Assembly: GCA_031286285.1 (NCBI GenBank) | Contig: JAITUN010000100.1 | Span: forward strand, 222-64,221 | Origin: Bacteroidales bacterium | GTDB lineage: Bacteria; Bacteroidota; Bacteroidia; Bacteroidales; WCHB1-69 | Reading direction: 5' to 3' | Length of the DNA: 64,000 nt | Part shown: one piece after another, positions 27,401-32,144 of the stretch | Layout of the letters: each line of letters begins with the position of its first letter | Numbering within the stretch: position 1 is the stretch's first letter | The notes under the pieces: model-generated | Databases searched by the model: none | The model's input: only the letters and a program-made list of their open reading frames with translations | Told to the model about the DNA's origin: nothing | Translations under genes and position numbers: made by a program

Positions 27401-28965
27401 GCGCCTATGGCATAACTTCCACCACCGGTAATTGTGCCTCCGGCGGAAGGGGAAGCGAGAGCAGTGATGTATGCGGTAGTTCCCGGTTCCACTACGCCGA
27501 TAATGGCGTTATTTCCTGCAAGGGAATTTGCTGCAAGTGTTGTCCAAGCGCCTGTTCCCATTTGGAGATGCCCTCCATTGGCAGCATTTTGTGGGACGTT
27601 CGCTGTATTTCCCGCTCCGTATCCTGATGAAGTGGTTGCAGTAAATCCGATAAAAGTAGCGTCATTAGTTAATGGATAAGGGGTGGTCAAGGTAATGGTA
27701 TTCCATCCTACAACCGGGGTAAAACTTTGAGTATATTGATTTGTTCCGGTTAATGAATTGCGAATCCAAATAGTGCAATTGCTTAAATCTGACGGAGTAG
27801 TAAAACCAATTTCAATGGTAGTTAACACTTTTCCTACAAATGGCGCCATATTAGCGACAGGATAGCCGATTGCGCCACTTATTGTATTTCCGGCGTTGGT
27901 TGCACTTCCTATATTTCCTGATACCGGCACATTATTGCAATATCCCATAGGTAGCAGTGCATAAACTTTGACATTTGCCGGAGCGGAAACGTCGTTATTG
28001 GAATTTTGATCGCCTGCAAGAATCACTTTTCCTTTAACTGCTAAAGTTCCTGCCGTTGTTGGCGCATAGTTAACGGTAACATTTGCAAAAGCACCTGCTG
28101 CTACAGCAGTAGTAACCGCTTGTGTTGCCAAAACGTTATTTGAAGCGTCAAGTAATTGTACTGAATAATTATTTTGTGACGCCGTTCCTGCGTTGAATAC
28201 AGAAACAGTAAAAGCGCTTGAATTTCCTACGCTTTTTAAAGAAGGAGATGTAACAGACGAAGCCGCCAGGTCGTTGGTGGGCAATGGATTACCATTAGTA
28301 AGTAGCGCCTCTATAGCCAAATTACCTAAGCCGGTGTAAGTATTCCATGCAGCGCCCGTCTCATGTTGCGTAGGATTTAAAGCGATAAGGTAGTTAAATC
28401 CGCCCTCTTTGTAAGTATCCGCCGGCGTTATGGAACAAGCTAACGGATACCAGTTCACAACAGCAGCGCTTGTAAAAGCCGCCGTATAACCGATAACCAA
28501 CGGGGCATCAGTTATTGTATAATTAGTAGTTAGCGGAAAATTTTCCCAGTGGTAGGCAGCGGTAAATGCAGGTGTAACGGTTTGTTGATACACAACAGGT
28601 CCGTCCAACGCTGTCTTAATCCAGATTTTGAACTCGGTTAATCCGGTCATGTTGGCAGCCAATCCTACTCCGATATTAATCTGATGTAAAGTGGCGCCCA
28701 CATAATTAGAGATCTGCGCCTGAGTAAAACTCATACATCCACTGTAATAACGGGTGCCTGATACATTCGCATTTCCAAGCGCATTGGCAGGATTGCCGGT
28801 AATGTACTTTAAAACGAAATCGTCTTTAGCATAAGGCTCGTGCGGATCACACTTGCCCGGCTCTGTTACAGTTACATCTTGATTTTGTTGCACAAGATTT
28901 TGTGCTCTCAAAAAACTAAAACTTGCCATAACCAAAATAGCAAGTAAAAAGATAAATTTTTTCAT
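15406..28965 (-). CDS. Giant (4519 aa) modular T9SS-sorted surface/adhesin-like protein
   Basis: Uninterrupted 13,560-nt ORF. Signal peptide MKKFIFLLAILVMASFSFLRAQ. C-terminal sorting domain YQLYPNPATNHIIIE...GTYFVRITEGSKSVIKNFVKK. Internal modules: CARDB-like segments, a Listeria-Bacteroides-repeat-like segment (GGTITGGGSY...GYTFDHW), FN3-like units, five YxxYRDG gingipain-adhesin-like modules, propeller-like stretches and two CarboxypepD_reg-like domains. No HExxH or other catalytic motif seen. Confidence 0.9.
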   Translation of the reverse strand: MKKFIFLLAILVMASFSFLRAQNLVQQNQDVTVTEPGKCDPHEPYAKDDFVLKYITGNPANALGNANVSGTRYYSGCMSFTQAQISNYVGATLHQINIGVGLAANMTGLTEFKIWIKTALDGPVVYQQTVTPAFTAAYHWENFPLTTNYTITDAPLVIGYTAAFTSAAVVNWYPLACSITPADTYKEGGFNYLIALNPTQHETGAAWNTYTGLGNLAIEALLTNGNPLPTNDLAASSVTSPSLKSVGNSSAFTVSVFNAGTASQNNYSVQLLDASNNVLATQAVTTAVAAGAFANVTVNYAPTTAGTLAVKGKVILAGDQNSNNDVSAPANVKVYALLPMGYCNNVPVSGNIGSATNAGNTISGAIGYPVANMAPFVGKVLTTIEIGFTTPSDLSNCTIWIRNSLTGTNQYTQSFTPVVGWNTITLTTPYPLTNDATFIGFTATTSSGYGAGNTANVPQNAANGGHLQMGTGAWTTLAANSLAGNNAIIGVVEPGTTAYITALASPSAGGTITGGGSYAIGAPVTLTATANTGYTFDHWNTGATTASITFNATTDATYTAYFTGGPVGCVDKIINTGTTDSQYGPMYTLWEYNYAQQIYDATEIGYSGENKTITKVAYNYISTTPFEKEITIYMANTDMVEFAGATAANFFPFDQLQQVYHGTPTFSNANEWSEIVFDAPFVYTGGNIVIATLHNTGYYITGNKWKGGTTTQYRYINTYSTSAPVNPANITSSIARVYNRPNVKFEVCAGDGPATCNPPTNLNVTYATDCGSAQLTWTAPGKGTIAPPKYNDGKPTKTGIDKVEFMKNRAARMPHSKPVLPLPAPKSVVFEEDFESATAPNLPTGWTRTTTSPTIGWEVDDYYYWGHNYSEQLAWSQWDADYTRNEWMFTPAIALTAGTQYTISFWVAAGYDYDDYDKFEVKIGNAATVAAMNAGTTVYYNASMYTDDDYIEITSTFTPTTAGNYYLGFHAFTLDYEGYDILIDDILITTDDGPIPGDVAYNIYRDGSKLNTTPVTTTSYTDNTFVATAGHTWEVVVACETGGESDPASKTMIACDNGGPGQCNPATNLTAVYEENCSSVTLNWNPPGKGKAPVINPPIKTEVIERSLQRGEGNTPADRCESFSNIKLEPTKTMWDVEYAFNAVAGAQPAVATDGINWYTGSWSPTSFPPLFCKYNMDGSNPQSFTIAGVALMRSLTYDGTYFYAGNGGNSTIYKLDLANQTLIGTITSGAGNTRHLTYDPTLDGGAGGFWTGDWTTLAAISMTGAVLIPNSATANVADVYGSAYDAVNNCVWLNTQTNGGAYMYKYNIAANTLTGPVYDLNQDMTEPNIGGGAFIYQAGGILHLAANIQGNPNRITVYEFSNANAPKAPTQFTATPVDYKANLAWTNPTQTTAGATLAAGSITKVVIRRNGILIHEITSGSDLAVGANVTWQDPMVPSAGIFCYSVFAVNSAGDGDNAKACVPFGDPCTVEVTIASNYGDAYIWSVKDAAGAMIIGATGGIGTFTGQLFGDATFQIDQSGLTDNTINITVKVDGTTYYSYSGPVFSGYNHTEALPCDAGGPIPTGDYTYNIYRDGTSIATNVTTTTYTDPSTAFDPAFPHTWTVKVACETGGESSAVSATLEFCSDTPGECDPATNLNVVYGPDCGPAQLTWIAPDGKGRNILVDVTDPKYDFVPEYNYVEKQEGMEMPKTIEGNSAMRRPAHLYQPIEHPITEPNLTPSRGNMVWGYVHYPTASVGYWKWDVDAISGKIFITDFPAVMYGGTFLDGYLYCYSDYTASPAFYKMDATSGTVISSTPRPELSAAPVSALSYDYTNNTMYALYNGAIHTVNLTTGQLTQVANITGHTTSTTVLTMAINLSGTMYIVNSGSANLYTVNKTSGAATLVGSTGRTINYAQSMAFDYADGQLYWAESESVYDNWMKINTTSGAATMIQADTYETTCLHFPYFAGDQCDPITNLSATANGYDVTLNWTAAPGNPTGYQISRNGTNVTTVTTTTFTETVANGSYNYTVKALFGDDCNPVGVSTTVVVKVLPCSGGNEITIGTGTTGSYRLPINTFYNYSYTQLIYDASEIGDPGVILSLAFEYFYATAQTGKANQVVYMGNISKNAFSSESDWVPLSQLTQVFSGTVPYNNSQKWSTIDLDVPFEYEGGNLVVAIANNSGTYNTSSNNTFYNHTTTLHKALTVYQDGSAYNPASPPAAGSLGYELLRPNVQIVACQSNIRYNVYRDGFIIKEDHKTTSYTDAAYDPFLDHTWSVKVVCDEGGVSNPTSKTLTKCVFEAECDIPTNLQVEYLDPRSCEAQITWDAPEGKGIIHPVPPMDPNYKEPVRGEKPTALFASNPNKPTTKGNPDFGPNDWVKWNFEHTNNSIGTGGPADFKAGARYTAADLAAKGVVDGDLITKVRFINMYVSSISQFTIEIYQGGTWPSNQGTLKYQQSVSPSSLLEDAYTEVLLTTPVVIDASQELWVVYHVIVSAGYPGGCDDGPMVDTKGNIMYWNDEWITMAIAGGSNNLFYNWIVEAFVETGNVNIAAAPTNFTATPQGTSLNCKLDWTNPTLTFGGANLTSITKMVVKRNGTSVQEFTTATPGQVMTYTDQVPAAGNYTYTVNAVTSEGNGLSANTSAIVGGMCNIKIVMDDSYGDGWNGALITVTVNGQNYGTATCSGYSSTATILIPSGNVDLTWTKGSYDSECSFKIFNSFDEELFSCANATNYTTGFNFFSYYNDCNPRTYVVRRDGAYIATVDKPIYIDTGHDPFLPHTWCVQVFCPDGGVSQQACIDALYCKQPGDCAIEAELMVTYQLDCTAELDWSGGKKVAYIPNDGDREVFYATKEGEPTSRLNRTRNTYIESNNVPYKIVPPGTPAPKGMVNVTLEAHDVWDDGSGYQLLLDQTATLYGTVIPEVGPFSTVCISPTTYDLFSHKIPTNADAVCTTNNIVVDGSVTIQIPAGTYDWMIANPDATYDYGGPCIWIAGGTGENMGRRDNYVFSEAYNYHFLMHIIGTGDGVTITTTNANPNLPAAPSNFTATPLGSSMICNLAWVNPTQTFGGATLTSITKMVLKRNNVTIAELIAGATPGAAMTFKDQVPAAGKYTYTVYAVNAEGEGLAATAGPVTVGPLCELFFEMWDYFGDGWNSGNVRVEVNGATIGTVGLTGGSYGTYSMEVPGGELKLYWNPGSFDCECMFNVYDGAGNLLYASPVNGSYPCGTPGVGMYGISGLIYTGDMNCGGGKMYVIYRDGIVLHEEWLETTYMDYGFDPYEPHVWAVTQFCPNTYESEPIVKEMGPCQEEPPCEDAEIATGTTYSSGYYLPIGNWNSYAYSQQIYDAADIELTPGSQITAISFQYYSTSLPAMTRANQTVYLGNTSKNTFANTTDWVSVNDLDMVYEGELTFTNDDTWTTFELQYPFTYDGGNLVIAWLNNAGSYSLSGYFYYHTISGKILFRGADSGGPFSAAAPGTGTTRTDRSNIKFTACEQFDIDFEAISINGNSKPTVTVPYDYTVTIRNKGKFVEDDYVVKVMTATNEVLAEVHINEPLAPTETKQVKLTVIYNTSQIGPMKIKGRVEIEGDKIYVNNATPLMNITVRPFSEDEIIDIPSDPWVGTLTTSIPFHFYYNHSGAQSVYLNQDINMAGGGGFIKQLSWFYNNTATSAIVNHPVKVYLANADINTLGGAFQPKEKFTLVYEGNVSIPLGLYQLSVTLDEPFLYTGGSLIVTTERLYAPYFNYVNAYTTAVSPSSRSQEYHSDPTPFNWTAGSALSTISNIEMVVKRVPAGSIHGTITECADGSPMSNVKVELNKYGLVTYTDADGHYSFPFVPAETDYTLSVTKFLYYDEFKGPFEVVADNDYTHDFCMTLRPGFLVYGVVQGSDGTYIEGATLKLTGYDNYQVVSGPYGVFEFVGVLWAKDYTLTVTADGWAKHESEWDILNNTNMGTIILYDITYPPSDVVAVDLDNYANISWGQLTLPEYNDWIKWCINDDIAGRVGWSETAGNDMTACIRFTPADLANLGIVSGHKINKIALGMGTELYAINTMEIRIWQGGTSVTDPGTLEYTFPLTGPFSSYPESTIAEFNINPYTIDATRELRIGWNLVNTAGYPQGRDAGPNVPGKGMLFYCADSPINGWIDAASFLQISANWVIKAFVTNTGKSASIVLSNNEPTEVSDKINVVTENVTHSFAEYPSNSGYSISEVEQVEEYNLVPEGRGTRGVIGYRLWRLQPGQENNPETWVTLTNNAVDAMEYDDHSWAVVPAGTYKWAVRTVYHGFIESAPAFSNPLEKLMKVQYIINVATNSGDSPAGAIVTLSNDNYTHTATVPVNSVTFNDVVVGNYDLEVTLDGYYDYTATIDITGPDAYLATLIEIITDPFDLKIDTACNNALFTWDHEFAGGKHFTAFTVFLNGEFVAAGIKQPEYMFENLKNGSYTAGVQANYSSGNSEIVPIDFDIYCTNINENPDLDYQLYPNPATNHIIIERNTAELATIDLYNAMGMHINSYETGEAQFEISVANLSAGTYFVRITEGSKSVIKNFVKK

Positions 28966-29043
28966 AATAAATAAATTTGATTAATAATATTTTATTGGTT
29001 TATAATATCGTCATCTAATTAGAGTTCACACACAATTAGCGTG

Positions 29044-29051
29044 CAAAAATA
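29044..29051 (-). promoter_or_regulatory. -7 promoter box (TATTTTTG on minus strand) for the giant ORF
   Basis: GTATTTTTGCACGC on the minus strand, about 79 nt upstream of the ATG at 28965. Confidence 0.45.
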
Positions 29052-29133
29052 CATTTTTTTAAATATCAACATAGATATGTTTATTTTTTTTGTTTTTTCC
29101 CAAAAAAAACTGTCATTTTTCACCCTTTCTCCC

Positions 29134-30186
29134 CTACTCTCTTCTCTTCAAGATAATCTTTATCGGTAAATGATCCGAAAATCCTCCTAAATATTTTGGT
29201 CCCAAATAAGTACGAAATGTTTTTACCCCTCCGTATTTTTCATCGGAAGTCAATAAAAATGGCGCATCAAAAATAACTGCCGTTCCGTTTTCAATTTCCC
29301 AATTGTTTCTTTTACTCAGCAAAGATTTTGATACAATAAACTGATCCAGGCACCCCCAAAACTCCTGCGTTTTGTGTGTGCCTTTGTTTTTTTCTACAAA
29401 GGGGATCATAAGATTAAATAAGGTTTCGTTGGTTTCCTCTTTTTTGTATTGATTTGCTTGTAGGTATTTTACTATGCTTTCGTCGGTGGGGTAGTCGTTA
29501 AAATCGCCCATGAGAATAATGTTAGCGTTTTCATTAATTGTTAATAAAGAATCTACTTTATTTCTCAACACTTGCGCATACCAATTTCGTTTGGGGATGG
29601 TGGCGCCATGCCCTCCAAACCGTGAAGTCCAGTGGTTTACAAACAGATGCATCGTGTCCACAGCAACAAGCGCTTTGACATACAAAATATCTCTGTTTTT
29701 CGTATTGGGTTCAAACGGAAAGACGACAGAAACGGGATGGCTTTCTAAAATAGTTATTCTATCGCTGCGATAAAGGAAGCCCACGTCCACTCCGCGCGGG
29801 TCCGGCGAATCGTAATGGACATAGCGATAATGATATGCCTTTAGACCTGTGGTGTAACAGAGTTTGTTCAGCACATTTGCATTTTCTATTTCCGCCAACC
29901 CGATCATATCGGGCGGCTCCCACCCATTGATAGCCAAAAACACCTTGGCAATATCGTTCAGTTTTTTGAAAAAACGTTTGTAAGTCCAATGGTTAAACCC
30001 TGACGGGGTAAAAGCATCGTCGTTTGTTTCAGGGTCATCCTCCGGGTCGAACAGGTTTTCCACGTTGTAAAATGCGATGCAGTAGCGGGTAGTGTCCAAC
30101 TGGGAAAAAAGGGAAAGAGGTAAAAGGGTAAAGAGGTAAAGAGGTAAAAGGGTAAAGAGGTAAAAGGTGGAGTTTTGATTTTTCAT
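29134..30186 (-). CDS. Secreted endonuclease/exonuclease/phosphatase (EEP) family protein
   Basis: I prefer the start at M52 of the track ORF (MKNQNSTFYLFTLLPLYLFTLLPLSLFSQ, a signal peptide). EEP motifs: FYNVENLF, IGLAEIEN and a C-terminal GGFSDHLPI. Confidence 0.75.
   Translation of the reverse strand: MKNQNSTFYLFTLLPLYLFTLLPLSLFSQLDTTRYCIAFYNVENLFDPEDDPETNDDAFTPSGFNHWTYKRFFKKLNDIAKVFLAINGWEPPDMIGLAEIENANVLNKLCYTTGLKAYHYRYVHYDSPDPRGVDVGFLYRSDRITILESHPVSVVFPFEPNTKNRDILYVKALVAVDTMHLFVNHWTSRFGGHGATIPKRNWYAQVLRNKVDSLLTINENANIILMGDFNDYPTDESIVKYLQANQYKKEETNETLFNLMIPFVEKNKGTHKTQEFWGCLDQFIVSKSLLSKRNNWEIENGTAVIFDAPFLLTSDEKYGGVKTFRTYLGPKYLGGFSDHLPIKIILKRRE
30111..30166. repeat. Octanucleotide tandem array (GGTAAAGA/GGTAAAAG)x7 inside the EEP signal-peptide coding region
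   Basis: Seven consecutive 8-mers counted directly. They encode the repeated LFTLLPL(Y/S) hydrophobic core. Confidence 0.9.
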
Positions 30187-30228
30187 TTTTGATTTTTTTA
30201 GGATTTGTATTAAGTTTTTTATATTTTC

Positions 30229-30358
30229 GCGGCGCGATAGGTGCAACCGTTTTATTGTAAATCGTGGGCGTATCGTTCCCTTACATTGGGTGTACCGGAA
30301 ACGGAGCCCAGCGTGCCCCCTCTTCAAGAGGATAACCATTCGAAAGAATGGTTTTTTT
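30229..30358 (+). ncRNA. Candidate small structured RNA of unknown class (orientation uncertain)
   Basis: Locally GC-rich island in AT-rich DNA. A near-consensus -7 box TATATTTT lies at 30220-30227. Possible helices: GGCGCG/CGTGCC (30231-36/30312-17), GGTGCA/TGTACC and CCG-GAAA-CGG. An 8-bp stem AACCATTC-GAAA-GAATGGTT plus T7 lies at 30334-30358. No credible ORF. Confidence 0.3.
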
Positions 30359-30866
30359 ATTTGTATTTATGTATTTCATTATTAACCACGTATATAATTT
30401 CACTGAATTTATATTTTGTTTGTCCATAATACTTACTTACCCCATCTTGTAATCTTTTATAAGAATAAATTTTCTCATTAGGAAAATATATTATCGCTAT
30501 TTTAACTTTTTTTTCTCTTGCGTGATTTAATATTGCTTTAATATTGTTTTTCCCTGTTCCAAGTGACGTTCCTATTTCAAAAGTTTGTCCATTCCAAGTT
30601 CCCTCTGGATACCTTTCTCCTAATCTTTTGCATTTTTCACTTTCTAAGATAACCGCATATCCGTTTTCAAAACCAATTTGTTGTACCATCTTCTCATATA
30701 TCCCTCTTTTCGGATCAAAACAATGCTCTTTGTGCGTTGCCATTAGCCCGCCGGTTTCTTCACTATAAACAACATTAAAATAATTTTTGTCTTCCTTTAA
30801 TTTATTGTATTGGATAAAATTTTCGTTTATTCGGGCATCAGGCAGAAAGGAGGAAGAATGTTCCAC
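30357..30866 (-). CDS. Hypothetical 169-aa cytoplasmic protein, family not recognised
   Basis: GTG start, no signal peptide. A weak PD-(D/E)xK-like pattern (ILESEKCK, YPEGTWNGQTFEIG) is too loose for assignment. Confidence 0.45.
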   Translation of the reverse strand: MEHSSSFLPDARINENFIQYNKLKEDKNYFNVVYSEETGGLMATHKEHCFDPKRGIYEKMVQQIGFENGYAVILESEKCKRLGERYPEGTWNGQTFEIGTSLGTGKNNIKAILNHAREKKVKIAIIYFPNEKIYSYKRLQDGVSKYYGQTKYKFSEIIYVVNNEIHKYK

Positions 30867-30898
30867 AGTAATTTTCTTAAAGTTCTTTTTTTGCGCTC

Positions 30899-30906
30899 CA
30901 AATATA
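30899..30906 (-). promoter_or_regulatory. -7 promoter box (TATATTTG on minus strand) for the 169-aa gene
   Basis: TAnnTTTG match 33 nt upstream of the GTG at 30866. Confidence 0.35.
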
Positions 30907-31032
30907 ATATCATTTCCTTTACATTCAGAAAGTTAAAAAAGTACAAAAAACAAAAAAAGAAGCACTTTTTATGCTAAAAAACGCACTTTTTCACTTTTTG
31001 CAAAATGACACAAAGAAAATTTTGGAAAGATT

Positions 31033-32109
31033 TTAGGTTAATTTCACCCTCGGATCCAACCATCCATAAATAATATCACACAAAATATTGATGACAACTA
31101 ATATGACGGAGATATATAACAATGTTCCCATAACAACCGGAAAGTCATACTTTTCCAACCCATCCACCATTAAAACGCCAATCCCTTTCCAGTCGAAGAT
31201 ATACTCTACGAAAACCGCGCCTGCCAAAAGCGAGGCTAACCAACCGGAAATGGCGGTTACCACCGGATTGAGTGCATTTTTCAGCACGTGTCTCATCAAA
31301 ATTGTTCGATAGGGTAACCCTTTGGCTCGGGCAGTCCGAATATAGTCTTGCGAAAGTACGTCTAATACCGAGTTTTTAGTAAGTTCTACAACCACAGCCA
31401 ATGGTCTAATTCCCAATGTGATGGCTGGAAGTATCAGATTTTTTAGTTCTAAATGTACTCCTGTGCCGTAATCATCAACGGCGAATAAACTGCCAATGAG
31501 ATTCAGATGCGTGTAATCGGCAAGCACAAAGGCAAATAGCCAGGCAAACAGAATGGCGGCAAAAAAAGAGGGTACCGACATTCCCAGCACGGAAAAGAAA
31601 AGCGCCACCTTGTCAAACCAGGTATCTTTGTAAACGGCACATAAAACTCCAATAAAAATTCCGACTAACATCGCTATGAAAATTGCCACAAACGCAAGCA
31701 GCGCCGTTTTCGGGAATGCCTCCGCAATCATTTCACTTACCAAACGTTTGCTCTGAAATGAACGCCGAAGATAAGGCTTTTTAAGCACCAGTGATGACTT
31801 TGTAAAAGACAAAACTTTAATGTATTGATAGTTGTTTTGATTCAGATAAAAAAAAGATTCGGAATCTTTGGTTTTATACCATGAAATGGGCGACAAATCG
31901 TTTAAATATCCCAAATACTGAATCCCGATGGGCAACTCCAATCCCAACTCTTTGCGTATAGCGCTTTCGGTTTCCAAGTCGGTGCGTTGTCCCAGCATCA
32001 TACGTGCCGGATCGGAAGGAAGCACTGTGAACAAAAAAAACACCAACGTGATAACACCGAACATTACCAAAAAACCATAGGCTAAGCGTTTTAGGATGTA
32101 CCTTGACAT
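31033..32109 (-). CDS. ABC transporter permease, Dpp/Opp (binding-protein-dependent) type
   Basis: 358 aa, MSRYILKRLAYGFLVMFGVITLVFFLF...LPSDPARMMLGQ, plus the EAA-like region IRTARAKGLPYRTILMRHVLKNAL. Confidence 0.75.
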   Translation of the reverse strand: MSRYILKRLAYGFLVMFGVITLVFFLFTVLPSDPARMMLGQRTDLETESAIRKELGLELPIGIQYLGYLNDLSPISWYKTKDSESFFYLNQNNYQYIKVLSFTKSSLVLKKPYLRRSFQSKRLVSEMIAEAFPKTALLAFVAIFIAMLVGIFIGVLCAVYKDTWFDKVALFFSVLGMSVPSFFAAILFAWLFAFVLADYTHLNLIGSLFAVDDYGTGVHLELKNLILPAITLGIRPLAVVVELTKNSVLDVLSQDYIRTARAKGLPYRTILMRHVLKNALNPVVTAISGWLASLLAGAVFVEYIFDWKGIGVLMVDGLEKYDFPVVMGTLLYISVILVVINILCDIIYGWLDPRVKLT

Positions 32110-32144
32110 CTGTTTCTAATTTGCGGTAAAGATAATTATAAAAC

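Noticed and set aside
15406-28965. About 25 antisense or out-of-frame ORFs of 60-168 aa inside the giant gene (e.g. 26884-27390, 25406-25750, 26056-26349)
   Set aside because: All lie within one long, motif-rich ORF on the minus strand. Their translations are low-complexity or Cys/Ile-rich nonsense with no signal or motif content, which is typical of shadow ORFs.
30187-30339. N-terminal extensions proposed by the ORF track (EEP gene from 30339, paralog 1 from 8989, ABC-F from 40895, ABC-2 permease from 42980, lipoprotein from 6545)
   Set aside because: In each case a downstream ATG starts a canonical signal peptide or the conserved N-terminus. The extension runs through promoter, terminator or repeat sequence (for 30339, through the GC-rich element).
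30229-30358. SRP (4.5S) RNA, tRNA, or fluoride/glutamine-type riboswitch identity for the GC-rich element
   Set aside because: The CCG-GAAA-CGG hairpin is not flanked by the conserved SRP helix-8 loop sequences (5' AGG / 3' AGCA). There is no T-loop or acceptor geometry for a tRNA. The resemblances to riboswitch cores that I could recall were only a few bases. On the plus strand no downstream gene exists for a riboswitch to control. Left as unclassified.
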